A DNA stretch of 64,000 nt from Alistipes sp. (GCA_045543395.1 JAZQML010000060.1:34790-98789), one strand, 5' to 3'; counted from the stretch's first letter, positions 17,907-27,496 are shown. Program-made: numbers and translations. Notes: generated from the sequence alone by a model not told the origin.

Positions 17907-18638
17907 ATGGAGAATATTGTCTTTGGTATTCGCCCCGTAGCCGAGGCTATAGAGTCGGGCAAACAGATCGAAAAAATTTATATCCGTAAGGGTGCAGAGG
18001 GGCAGTTGATGACCGATTTGAAAGACCTCTGCTATCGTCATCGCCGCCACTATCAGGAGGTGCCGGTTGAGAAATTGAATCGTATGACTCGTGGCAACCA
18101 TCAGGGTGTTGTTGCGGTCATTGCAGCGATTGATTATGTGGAGGTTACCGATATTTTGGAGCGTGTGCCGGAGGATGAAACACCGCTTATTGTGGTGTTC
18201 GACAATGTTACCGATGTGCGTAATTTCGGCGGTATCGCCCGCTCGGCAGAGTGTGCAGGTGCGCACGGCATCATCTCGTCGTTGAAAAACTCGGCACCGG
18301 TAAATGCCGACTCTATCCGCTCGTCGGCTGGTGCGCTGACCCGCATTCCGGTGGCACGTGTAGGCTCTATCCGCAACACGTTGAAGTCGTTGCAGGCAGA
18401 GGGTTTCCAAATTGTTGCCGCTACCGAGCATAGCCGTAAGTTGATGTACGATGCCGATTTGACGAAGCCTACCGTAATCGTTATGGGCTCGGAGGAGAAC
18501 GGCATATCGAAGGAGGTTCTGAAGTTGTGCGATGAGCAACTCGCCATTCCGATGATTGGTGCAATCGAGTCGTTGAACGTATCGGCAGCAGCGGCAATTA
18601 TGTTGTTTGAGGTTGTTCGCCAACGAATTGGAGATTAA
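17907..18638 (+). CDS. rlmB: 23S rRNA Gm2251 methyltransferase (SpoU family)
   Basis: NHQGV, DVRNFGGIARSA, GSEENG, ESLNVS motifs. Confidence 0.92.
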   Translation: MENIVFGIRPVAEAIESGKQIEKIYIRKGAEGQLMTDLKDLCYRHRRHYQEVPVEKLNRMTRGNHQGVVAVIAAIDYVEVTDILERVPEDETPLIVVFDNVTDVRNFGGIARSAECAGAHGIISSLKNSAPVNADSIRSSAGALTRIPVARVGSIRNTLKSLQAEGFQIVAATEHSRKLMYDADLTKPTVIVMGSEENGISKEVLKLCDEQLAIPMIGAIESLNVSAAAAIMLFEVVRQRIGD

Positions 18639-18661
18639 AAGGTTGCATTGCCTTATATCAG

Positions 18662-19729
18662 TTGATGGATAAGATATATAAACATCCTCGCATTGGCGAT
18701 ATTTTGTTGCGCCAACGTAGGACTTTGCGTCGTATTTCGCTCTCGGTAAAACCGTCGGGCGAGGTGCGACTATCCTTTCCTAATGCTGTGTCAATAGCCA
18801 AAGCGTTGGACTTTTTGGAGCAGAAGGTGGAGTGGGCATTGCAAGCGAAAGAGAGGATGGCGAAGCGTACCGTTGCATTGCAATACTCGCCCGAGCAGAT
18901 TGAGGCATTGCGCTGCGAGGCAAAGCGAGTGCTACCGGCGATGGTTGAACGATTGGCGCAGAAACACGGCTTTTCGTATGGTCATATTACCATTCGTGTA
19001 ACTCGCTCTAAATGGGGATGTTGCACCTCGCAAAATAATATTTCGCTTTCGCTCTTTTTGATGGCACTGCCAATCCATCTGCAGGAGTTTGTAGTGTTGC
19101 ACGAATTGTGTCATACGGTGCATCATAACCACTCGGCAGAGTTCCACACTCTGCTGAACAGGGTTACAGGCGGGCGAGAGAAGGAGTTAAATAGACAACT
19201 GAAAGGCATTCGCAAATTCCTCCGTTTTCGTAAGGGAGAGGCGAAGGATTTGGATAGTGTTATGGCGTTGGTTGCCGATGCTCAAAATTGGCTTGCGAGC
19301 AACGGGGTTGACCAATGGCAAGATGGGTATCCGAGTCGTGAACAGATATCAAGTGATATTTCAGGTGGCGTAAACTATGTAGTTGAGAGCAATGGTGTTG
19401 TGGTTGCCACCGCTGTGGTGTCGTTCGATGGCGAGCCTACCTATGCCAAGATTGCAGGTAAAGGGTGGTTGAACTCAAATAGATACGCCGTAGTTCACCG
19501 TATTGCTGTGTCGGCAGAGTATCGCAGTAAGGGCATTGCAAAGGAGATTTTGCACTATACGGAGGAGTTGTGTGTAGAAAATGGTATTTTTGATATCCGA
19601 ATAGATACGCATCGCAATAATCGAGCGATGAGGTCGTTGATTAAAAAGATGGGTTATTGCCACTGTGGCCGTATAACCCTCGCTTCGGGGGCTTCTCGCG
19701 AGGCGTATCATAAGGTGTTAAAGAGTTAA
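18662..19729 (+). CDS. Fusion: YgjP/M48-like HEXXH domain plus GNAT acetyltransferase
   Basis: SKWGCC...HELCHTVHHNHS..F (N-half); DQWQDGYP, VHRIAV, KGIA, RIDTH.NN..M (C-half). Confidence 0.85.
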   Translation: MMDKIYKHPRIGDILLRQRRTLRRISLSVKPSGEVRLSFPNAVSIAKALDFLEQKVEWALQAKERMAKRTVALQYSPEQIEALRCEAKRVLPAMVERLAQKHGFSYGHITIRVTRSKWGCCTSQNNISLSLFLMALPIHLQEFVVLHELCHTVHHNHSAEFHTLLNRVTGGREKELNRQLKGIRKFLRFRKGEAKDLDSVMALVADAQNWLASNGVDQWQDGYPSREQISSDISGGVNYVVESNGVVVATAVVSFDGEPTYAKIAGKGWLNSNRYAVVHRIAVSAEYRSKGIAKEILHYTEELCVENGIFDIRIDTHRNNRAMRSLIKKMGYCHCGRITLASGASREAYHKVLKS

Positions 19730-19739
19730 AACAAAAGAT

Positions 19740-20561
19740 ATGTCGTACAATTTATTGAAAGGTAAGCGCGGAATTGTCTTTGGTGCGCTGAATGAGCAAT
19801 CAATCGCTTGGAAAATTGCCGAGCGAGCGGTGGAGGAGGGTGCGCAAATAGTCCTGACAAACACTCCTGTGGCTATTCGTTTGGGTGCTGTGAATAAGTT
19901 GGCAGAGCAGTGCGGTGCTATTGTAGTGCCGTCGGATGCCACTTCGGTCGAAGATTTGCAGCGGTTGGTGGATACCGCTCTGGAACATTTTGGCGGTAAG
20001 ATAGACTTTGTGCTTCACGCTGTAGGAATGTCGCCAAATGTGCGCAAGAATATACCGTACGAGGCGATTGACTACAACAACTTTTTCAAGACTATGGATA
20101 TCTCGGCACTGTCGTTCCACAAGTTGTTGCAGACGCTCTACGAGAAGGATGCAATGGCGGAGTATGGCTCGGTGGTGGCGTTGTCCTATATTGCTGCGCA
20201 GCGTACGGTGGAGGGCTATTCGGATATGGCAGAGGCAAAGGCGATGTTGGAGAGTATTGCTCGCTCGTTTGGTGCGATATATGCTCGAAAGGGGAAGGTT
20301 CGTGTAAATACCGTTTCGCAGTCGCCAACCTTAACCACCGCAGGTCAGGGTATTGCCGGAATGGGCGATATGTACGACTACACCAACGCTCTCTCGCCAC
20401 TTGGCAATGCTTCGGCAGATGATTGTGCCGACTATGTTATTACGCTATTCTCGGACCTTACCCGTAAGGTTACGATGCAGAATCTCTACCACGATGGCGG
20501 TTTTTCGTCTATGGGTGTTGCTTCATCGGTTATCGAGGCATTTAAGTGTGGTAAGCAGTAG
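19740..20561 (+). CDS. fabI: Enoyl-ACP reductase
   Basis: GALNEQSIAW, SY.A.QR..GY.DMAEAKA.LES. Confidence 0.93.
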   Translation: MSYNLLKGKRGIVFGALNEQSIAWKIAERAVEEGAQIVLTNTPVAIRLGAVNKLAEQCGAIVVPSDATSVEDLQRLVDTALEHFGGKIDFVLHAVGMSPNVRKNIPYEAIDYNNFFKTMDISALSFHKLLQTLYEKDAMAEYGSVVALSYIAAQRTVEGYSDMAEAKAMLESIARSFGAIYARKGKVRVNTVSQSPTLTTAGQGIAGMGDMYDYTNALSPLGNASADDCADYVITLFSDLTRKVTMQNLYHDGGFSSMGVASSVIEAFKCGKQ

Positions 20562-20654
20562 TAATTCGGCTTTTTTATCACTCTTTTGGTGTTTTGAGGG
20601 GTTTATTGTGAAAAATAGATTACCTTTGCAGCCAGAAAAATAAAAATAAGGTAT

Positions 20655-21761
20655 ATGAAAAATTTTAATAGCGACTCAACGCCGGCACTCTCTCGCTTTG
20701 CGAAAGATAAACGTCTGCGTACCGAGCGCACCACAACACGCACCGAACGAGTAACTTCAACTCGCACAACCACAACACGCACCGAGCGCACAAAGCGTGC
20801 ATCGTTCAATCCTAATTTTACGGATGACAACCGTCCAAAGCGTGGCGGAGAGGGTGGAAAATCATTCAATGCGCGAGAGGATAGACACGCGACGAGAGAT
20901 GGGTTCAAACCAAAGGGCAGAGGCTTCAATGGTGGCCGTAAGTCGGAGGGCCCACGCAAACCGATGGGTAGAGGTGAGGGCTACAAAGGAAAGGGAAAAC
21001 CAACCACCGAGCGCAGTTATCCGAAGTACAACCCCAACCGAGTTACCGGCGAAATTCGTTTGAATCGCTTTGTAGCGCAGTCGGGACTCTGCTCGCGTCG
21101 TGAGGCTGACGACTATATCGCAGCAGGTTTGGTTAGCGTGAATGGCGTTATTGTAACCGAACTCGGCACAAAGGTAAAACCAACCGACGTTGTGAAGTTC
21201 AACGACGAGCGTTTGCAGGGCGAGAAGAATGTCTATTTGGTGCTGAATAAACCGAAGGGGTATGTTACAACCCTCGAAGACGACCACGCCGAAAAGACCG
21301 TTATGGAGTTGGTGCAGAACGCTTGTAAGGAGCGCATCTATCCGGTTGGTCGTTTGGATAAGAACTCGTTGGGATTGTTGCTATTCACTAATGATGGCGA
21401 TATTACCCGCCAACTGACACATCCATCGTTGCGCAAGAAGAAGATTTACGATGTAACACTCGACAAACCTCTTACCCGTGCCGATTTCGAGCAACTTGCC
21501 GAGGGTATCACTCTTGAGGATGGCGATATCTACTTCGACGAGATATCCTATATTAAGGACGATAAGAAGTCGGTGGGCGTTGAGATTCACTCTGGCCGCA
21601 ACCGAATTGTACGCCGTATGTTCGAGCATCTTGGCTATAAGGTTACCAAACTCGACCGTGTATACTATGCGGGCCTTACCAAAAAGAATTTGAAGCGTGG
21701 TGCTTGGCGATTCCTCACCTCCGACGAGGTGGCACGCCTCAAAGCAGGTCGCTACGAGTAG
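20655..21761 (+). CDS. RsuA/RluB-family pseudouridine synthase with low-complexity basic N-terminus
   Basis: S4 domain RLNRFVAQSGLCSRREAD, YPVGRLD catalytic motif, GRNRIVRRM. Confidence 0.95.
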   Translation: MKNFNSDSTPALSRFAKDKRLRTERTTTRTERVTSTRTTTTRTERTKRASFNPNFTDDNRPKRGGEGGKSFNAREDRHATRDGFKPKGRGFNGGRKSEGPRKPMGRGEGYKGKGKPTTERSYPKYNPNRVTGEIRLNRFVAQSGLCSRREADDYIAAGLVSVNGVIVTELGTKVKPTDVVKFNDERLQGEKNVYLVLNKPKGYVTTLEDDHAEKTVMELVQNACKERIYPVGRLDKNSLGLLLFTNDGDITRQLTHPSLRKKKIYDVTLDKPLTRADFEQLAEGITLEDGDIYFDEISYIKDDKKSVGVEIHSGRNRIVRRMFEHLGYKVTKLDRVYYAGLTKKNLKRGAWRFLTSDEVARLKAGRYE

Positions 21762-21784
21762 GGCATATCGAAATGCCTATTACA

Positions 21785-21815
21785 AAACGATATCCACAAG
21801 GGTGTCGTTTTTTTT
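21785..21815 (+). terminator. Intrinsic terminator
   Basis: AAAACGATATCC-ACAA-GGGTGTCGTTTT plus T-run. Confidence 0.75.
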
Positions 21816-21899
21816 TGTGGTTACTTTTGCGAAAAAGAAAATAAGTTTCTAACTTTGTATCGCAGTCCTCGGATTGCAGACATATTTTGATGAAAGTGT

Positions 21900-22080
21900 A
21901 TTAGCTTTTATCCTTGAATGGAAATCTGGAAAATTTTCAATGCTACAAGGAGAGCAACACACTCGTCACCGTGTATTGGTGTATTTGGCACTTTCGTTGC
22001 CCTATACTCGCCAATACGGGTGTGGGGTATTGTTTATTTGTAGCATAGGTATTCCAGAGCCTCCATTCAGATAAACTAAT
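21900..22080 (+). promoter_or_regulatory. Long nested inverted repeat / candidate structured leader RNA
   Basis: Nested complementary blocks TGAATGGA/TCCATTCA, TCTGGAA/TTCCAGA, ATGCTACAA/TTGTAGCAT; TAACTTTG promoter at 21850. Confidence 0.55.
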
Positions 22081-22152
22081 CGGCCTCACACTTTCTTTTT
22101 ATATTACTGCTTTATTCGGGGCTGGTGAGCAAGCAAAAAAAAACTTATTACA

Positions 22153-22680
22153 ATGAAAAAACTATTTCTAATTTTGTTGTCGCTATGCAGCTTTGCAATC
22201 TCGGCTAATGCACAACATTACAACGAAATTTTACTCTTTATCGAGGTAGGAAAAACAATCGACGAAGCTAGTTCTATTATCTATCTTCATTTCGATAGTG
22301 ATGGCAATATGTATCATACGAGTATGTATAAAAGCACTGCCCAAGATAAATATGCAAATGGCACTTTGGAGGAGTATGGAGTGAATCAAAGCCATAAAAT
22401 AAAGCGTGACTATTCTGTTGATTCAAGCAAATATATGGTGTATAGTAAAAAATCATATGTAACCAACTGTACCGAGTTTTTGGGTTTTGACTTTTACGGT
22501 CAGCCTATGTATGGCTCAACGACATATGTAAATTACTATGGAATAGAGTATGGAGATTCAGGTTTGGTTAGGTGGAATATACAAGAAAAGAGTAGTGATA
22601 TTCTAGACAAAAAGTATTATAAGCGTATTCAACCATCTGAATTGAAGCGCAAAGCGCCAGATTATGACTTCTTAAATTAG
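22153..22680 (+). CDS. Hypothetical secreted protein
   Basis: Signal peptide MKKLFLILLSLCSFAISANA; AT-rich. Confidence 0.8.
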   Translation: MKKLFLILLSLCSFAISANAQHYNEILLFIEVGKTIDEASSIIYLHFDSDGNMYHTSMYKSTAQDKYANGTLEEYGVNQSHKIKRDYSVDSSKYMVYSKKSYVTNCTEFLGFDFYGQPMYGSTTYVNYYGIEYGDSGLVRWNIQEKSSDILDKKYYKRIQPSELKRKAPDYDFLN

Positions 22681-22687
22681 TGCTATA

Positions 22688-23410
22688 ATGTACAGTGTAT
22701 ATAGGATAATAGTTGGGGGCTTTGCATTATTGCTGATCTCTATAATAGAAGTCCGTGCGCAGAATACCTACTATTATAAGCAAGTGAGAGTTGAAAAGGG
22801 TGGCTCGACAATAGCGCAAGGTAAAGGCGGTCAATTTATCTCTTTCTATAAGGATATTTGCTACGACTCCGATAATAAGGGTGTCAGTGTGAACAATGGT
22901 CAAATGGAACGCACGACACAAAGCGAAGGCGGCTACTTAATGTACAAAGGAAGCTCTTATTGGGGTAAAGTAAATTACTACTTTTCGTCCTCATTAGACA
23001 AATTGGTGGTTAGCAAAAGCGATGGCACGACATATCTCTATCAACGGGCAACTGCGCCTTCGGGGGTTACTACATGTAGTTTGATAAAGTCTAAATCTTC
23101 GGGAGGCTCATCTTCGGGTTATATGCCATCGACTTATTACAACCCTCCAACGAATTATGGCGGTGGCGCTTCAACCTCCACCTATCCGAGCGGTAGCAAC
23201 TCTACATATAAGGAGCAAAAAACACGCAAGCCTTGTCCTCGTTGTAATGGCTCTGGCGAAGAGATAATTGACCCTAACCCTCCACGATTCGGAACAGCGT
23301 ATGATAACGGTCAGACATATTGCAGTAAGTGTGGTAGGTATTTCCGAAATGGAAGTCATGCACATGTTTCTTGCAAACAATGTTACGGCAAAAAGTATAT
23401 AGAGTACTAG
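22688..23410 (+). CDS. Hypothetical secreted protein with Ser/Gly linker and C-terminal DnaJ-like zinc finger
   Basis: Signal-like N-terminus; CPRCNGSG, CSKCG, H.H..CKQCYG. Confidence 0.8.
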   Translation: MYSVYRIIVGGFALLLISIIEVRAQNTYYYKQVRVEKGGSTIAQGKGGQFISFYKDICYDSDNKGVSVNNGQMERTTQSEGGYLMYKGSSYWGKVNYYFSSSLDKLVVSKSDGTTYLYQRATAPSGVTTCSLIKSKSSGGSSSGYMPSTYYNPPTNYGGGASTSTYPSGSNSTYKEQKTRKPCPRCNGSGEEIIDPNPPRFGTAYDNGQTYCSKCGRYFRNGSHAHVSCKQCYGKKYIEY

Positions 23411-23436
23411 CGTCTTATAGTGGTGTTACTGATAAG

Positions 23437-23473
23437 AATGCCGAACAGATTTTTCTGCTCGGCATCTTTTTTT
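23437..23473 (+). terminator. Intrinsic terminator after islet 2
   Basis: ATGCCGAACAGA...TCTGCTCGGCAT plus T-run. Confidence 0.75.
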
Positions 23474-23493
23474 GTACCGCCCCCACAATCGTA

Positions 23494-23694
23494 GGTATCG
23501 AAAACAATACCCGGCGCACAAGAGGGCGCATTCCACACAAAAAGAGCGCTCCTCGCAACCATAGGTATCGAAAACAATACCCGGCAGTAGGGAGTGTAGG
23601 GAATTTAATGAGAATAGGGAGAATAGCATCGCTAAACTCCCTAATTTCCCTAATTTCCCTAATTTCTCTAATCTCACTAAAAAGCCAATAGCCA
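23494..23694. repeat. Inverted copy of the composite element: 2 hairpin units (23494-23512, 23563-23581), nonamer arrays and TAGCCAA heptamers
   Basis: Reverse complement aligns to 2270-2465, including the junction CTACTGCCGGGTAT. Confidence 0.88.
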
Positions 23695-23699
23695 ACGAT

Positions 23700-24263
23700 T
23701 TAGAATTGCACTACCGGTGCTTTCTCTGCGCCTTCGGTGGTTGCGGTGAATAGTTGCTTCTTATCGAAGCCGAACATCTTGGCAATCAAATTCGAAGGGA
23801 AGGTTGCAATCTTGATGTTGTAAGCCTTGACAATGTCGTTGTAGTTCTTGCGGGCAACGGCAATGCGATTTTCGGTACCCTCCAACTGCGCTTGCAACTC
23901 CAAGAAGTTGGTGTTTGCCTTCAAATCGGGATAACTCTCGGCGAGAGCAATCAAACGACCGAGTGCAGTCGAAACCTGCTCTTGTGCAGCAGAAAACTCC
24001 TTAATATCTGCGCTGCTGTTCATTGCCTTCGAGCGAGCAGAAATAACTTGTGCAAGGGTCTCCTGTTCGTGTTTTGCGTAGCCCTTAACGGTCGAAACGA
24101 GATTAGGGATAAGGTCGGAACGACGCTGATACTGCGTCTCAACGTTAGCCCACTCTGCCTCGACACTCTGTCCGAGTTTTACCAACGAATTGTAGGTTGT
24201 CCAGCAGTAGCCGCATACGATAACTACCAATGCAACTACGATAATCCAAATTGTCTTTTTCAT
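23700..24263 (-). CDS. lemA: LemA family protein
   Basis: QYQRRSDLIPNLV, ESYPDLKAN.NF.ELQ.QLEGTENRI. Confidence 0.96.
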   Translation of the reverse strand: MKKTIWIIVVALVVIVCGYCWTTYNSLVKLGQSVEAEWANVETQYQRRSDLIPNLVSTVKGYAKHEQETLAQVISARSKAMNSSADIKEFSAAQEQVSTALGRLIALAESYPDLKANTNFLELQAQLEGTENRIAVARKNYNDIVKAYNIKIATFPSNLIAKMFGFDKKQLFTATTEGAEKAPVVQF

Positions 24264-24290
24264 AACTCTGTTATTTAATTGGTTTCCTTA

Positions 24291-24377
24291 ATTCTGCATT
24301 TTGCATTTTGCATTCTGCATTCTGCATTTTGCATTTTGAATTTTGCATTTTGCATTTTGCATTTTGCATTTTGCATT
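24291..24377. repeat. Heptamer VNTR ATTYTGC x12
   Basis: Twelve units read directly between the TPM gene and lemA. Confidence 0.95.
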
Positions 24378-24384
24378 AGGTTCT

Positions 24385-25272
24385 CTAAAACCTGCTTCCT
24401 GCGCCACCTCCGCCGAAACTGCCACCGCCGAAGCCGCCTCCGAAGCCTCCGCCGCCAAAACCGCCACGACCGCCACCGCCACCGGTCAGAATGATGGATG
24501 GTTTCTCTTGACGGGTGCGCTTTGTGAGTGTGTGTCCGCAGTCGGGACAAGTGAAGGTTTGGTCTATTATTTTATACGAGCGAGCATTCTTGACGATGTG
24601 GGTATCGGCAATTTGCAGATGGTGTTTTCCGCACTTCGGGCAACGATGTGCTGCACGATTTATGAAGTAGACCAGCAGTGTGAAGAGTACGAAAAAGGCG
24701 ATCATAGTTCCAAATATTGCGGCTATCTCTTCGCCCGTAACCTCGTCATCTGCTCTGGTTGGTAGTTCTCCCGACGAGAGTAGAGTGGCAACTGCTGCCA
24801 CACCATCGACCATACCTTTGTCGTAGTCGCCATTACCGAGTGGCTCTACCATATAACGTTGCTGTATGCGCTTGCATACGGCATCCGAAAGCACCCCTTC
24901 GAGTCCGTAGCCCGTAACGAAACGAATCTCTCGTTTGTCGAGTACGAGCAGAATACCCAAACCATTGTCTGCCTTTTCGTTACCCACGCCCCAACTCGAA
25001 AAGAGTTGGTGGGCAAACGAGAATACATCGTCGGAGGCGATGTCGCTTACTGCCACAACTGCAATCTGCGCCAAACCCTTTGTGCGTAGCGAGTCGCAGG
25101 CAAGGTCAATCGCCCGCACCGCCTCTGCCGAGAGTATTCCATCGGGGTTGGATGTGTAGCGATGACGGTCGTAGAGTTGCACATTTGGCACCTCTCTTAT
25201 GGTGTATGGCTTGGCTATTGCAACTGCACAAGTTGCACAAAACAGCACGAATAGTGATAAGATTCTCTTCAT
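24385..25272 (-). CDS. TPM (DUF477) domain protein with Zn-ribbon and Gly-rich tail
   Basis: DNGLGILL, TGYGLEGVLSD, CPKC..CPDC, GGSFGGGGAGSRF; LemA partner. Confidence 0.92.
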   Translation of the reverse strand: MKRILSLFVLFCATCAVAIAKPYTIREVPNVQLYDRHRYTSNPDGILSAEAVRAIDLACDSLRTKGLAQIAVVAVSDIASDDVFSFAHQLFSSWGVGNEKADNGLGILLVLDKREIRFVTGYGLEGVLSDAVCKRIQQRYMVEPLGNGDYDKGMVDGVAAVATLLSSGELPTRADDEVTGEEIAAIFGTMIAFFVLFTLLVYFINRAAHRCPKCGKHHLQIADTHIVKNARSYKIIDQTFTCPDCGHTLTKRTRQEKPSIILTGGGGGRGGFGGGGFGGGFGGGSFGGGGAGSRF

Positions 25273-25376
25273 AACATTGCAAATATAGCAAAAAAGTGAT
25301 ATTCGTTGACCGAAAATCAAAGATTTTTACTATCTTTGTAGCAATAACGTAAACAAATCATAAAAAAGTATAAACA

Positions 25377-26579
25377 ATGGTAATTTTAGTATTGAATTGC
25401 GGTAGTTCCTCGATTAAGTACCAGGTGCTTGACATAGAGGCTACAACTAACAAATTGCTCGCAAAGGGTCTTGTTGATCGTATCGGTTTGCCGGAGGGCG
25501 ACCTCGTACATAAGCCGGTAGGTAAGGAGAACTATCATCTCCATCAGCCAATCGCTGACCATACGCAGGGTATCAGCCTTGTGTTGGCAGCACTTACCGA
25601 CAAGGAGCACGGTGTTATCTCGTCGCTCGACGAGGTTAAGGCTGTGGGTCATCGTGTTGCTCACGGTGGCGAGTTCTTCCCGGATAGTTGCGTCGTTACG
25701 GAGGAGGCAAAGGAGAAGATTCGCTCGTTGTTTGCAATCGCTCCATTGCACAACCCTGCAAACTTGGAGGGTATCCTCTCAATCGAGAAGGTGTTACCTT
25801 CGGTACCGCAGGTGGCAGTATTCGACACTTCGTTCCATCAGTCCATCCCGGCACGCAACTATTTGTATGCACTCCCTATGGAGTACTACGAGAAGTATCG
25901 TGTACGTCGCTATGGCTTCCACGGAACAAGTCATAAGTTCGTGGCAAAGCGTGGTGCGGAGTTGTGCGGTTTGGATCTCGAGAACTCGAAGATTATCACC
26001 TGCCACGTTGGTAATGGCGGCTCGGTAACGGCTGTGTTGAATGGTAAGTCGTACTGCACTTCGATGGGCTTCTCGCCTGTTGATGGTTTGGTTATGGGTA
26101 CTCGTTGTGGCGATGTCGATCCAAGCGCAGTTCTCTATATTGCCGAGCACGAGGGTATGAACTTCGCCGAGATTAACACTATGATTAACAAAAAGTCGGG
26201 TGTAGAGGCAGTGTCGGGTGTATCGAGCGATATGCGTGATATCGACAACGCTTACGAGGCTGGCAACGAGCGTGCTATTCTCGCTCGCGATATGTACTAC
26301 GACCGCGTAAAGCAGTATGTCGGAAAATATGCTGCGTTGATGGGTGGTGTAGATTTGATTATCTTCACAGGTGGCGTTGGCGAGAACTCGGCAGATTTGC
26401 GCCGTTGGGTATCGCACAATATGGAGTTTATGGGCGTTGAGATTAACGATGCCGTAAACGACGTAACTCGTGGCACAGATACAATTATTTCGACCGAGAA
26501 TTCACGTGTAAAGGTTGCTGTAATCGCTACCAACGAGGAGTTGGTTATCGCACAGGACACTTACAGACTTATTAAATAA
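25377..26579 (+). CDS. ackA: Acetate kinase
   Basis: LNCGSSSIK, GHRVAHGG, APLHN, RYGFHGTSH, FTGGVGENS, TNEE. Confidence 0.96.
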   Translation: MVILVLNCGSSSIKYQVLDIEATTNKLLAKGLVDRIGLPEGDLVHKPVGKENYHLHQPIADHTQGISLVLAALTDKEHGVISSLDEVKAVGHRVAHGGEFFPDSCVVTEEAKEKIRSLFAIAPLHNPANLEGILSIEKVLPSVPQVAVFDTSFHQSIPARNYLYALPMEYYEKYRVRRYGFHGTSHKFVAKRGAELCGLDLENSKIITCHVGNGGSVTAVLNGKSYCTSMGFSPVDGLVMGTRCGDVDPSAVLYIAEHEGMNFAEINTMINKKSGVEAVSGVSSDMRDIDNAYEAGNERAILARDMYYDRVKQYVGKYAALMGGVDLIIFTGGVGENSADLRRWVSHNMEFMGVEINDAVNDVTRGTDTIISTENSRVKVAVIATNEELVIAQDTYRLIK

Positions 26580-26590
26580 GAATTAAGAAT

Positions 26591-27493
26591 ATGAAACATT
26601 TATCGGAAATAGTAGAGGCAGCCTTGTCGAAGGGTAGAAAACGCTTGGCTGTGGCTTATGGTCAGGACTCGCACACTATCGAGGCTGTCTATGACGCATA
26701 TAAAGATGGTTTGGTTGATGCCACTTTGTTCGGCGATAAGGAGGTGATTGAGGCTACCTGCGCAGAGTTGGGCATCGATTCGTCAATATTCACAATCGTT
26801 GACGAGAAGAGCGATGTGAAGTGCGTTGAGTTGGCGGTCAAAGCGGTTGTTGCGGGCGATGCACAGGTGTTGATGAAGGGTATGGTTTCGACCGACAAGT
26901 ATATGCGTGGTATCCTGAATAAGGAGGCGGGCTTGTTCCCTCCAAAGGGTACTTTGAGCCACGTTTCGGTATTCGAGTGGTCGGGCTATCCAAAGTTGTT
27001 GCTTGCATCGGATATTGCGGTGTTGCCACAACCTGATTTCAAACAAAAACTTACTTTGGTTAAGTATTTGGCACAGACAGCAAAGTTGATCGGTGTGGAT
27101 TGTCCAAAGATTGCTTGTGTGGCAGCGATGGAGTTGGTTAATGCCAATATGCCTGCTATGGCAGAGGGTGCAATCATCTCGAAGATGGCGGATCGTGGAC
27201 AGTTGGGCAATGTAATCGTAGATGGCCCATTGTCGCTCGATGTTGCTCTCTATAAGGAGGTTGCCGAGCATAAGAAGGTTAAGGGTTCGGCTGTTGCGGG
27301 CGATGCCGATGCGTTGTTGTTCCCTAACTTGGAGTCGGGCAATGTATTCTTCAAGAGTGTATCGCACATCGGTGGCGGCGAGTTGGCTGCTATGGTTGTC
27401 GGTACTAACAAGCCTTGCGTATTGACCTCGCGAGGCGATTCGGCATTGTCGAAGAAGTATTCGATTGCATTGGCTTGCTTGGCTGCAAAATAG
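26591..27493 (+). CDS. Phosphate acyltransferase (short PTA/PTB family, Ptb-like)
   Basis: LMKG.V.T, SDIA, DGPLSLD.AL, GDAD.LLFPNLESGN, LTSRGD. Confidence 0.88.
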   Translation: MKHLSEIVEAALSKGRKRLAVAYGQDSHTIEAVYDAYKDGLVDATLFGDKEVIEATCAELGIDSSIFTIVDEKSDVKCVELAVKAVVAGDAQVLMKGMVSTDKYMRGILNKEAGLFPPKGTLSHVSVFEWSGYPKLLLASDIAVLPQPDFKQKLTLVKYLAQTAKLIGVDCPKIACVAAMELVNANMPAMAEGAIISKMADRGQLGNVIVDGPLSLDVALYKEVAEHKKVKGSAVAGDADALLFPNLESGNVFFKSVSHIGGGELAAMVVGTNKPCVLTSRGDSALSKKYSIALACLAAK

Positions 27494-27496
27494 TTA

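Noticed and set aside
24385-24490. CCGCC-rich repeats
   Set aside because: They encode the usual Gly-rich tail of TPM proteins
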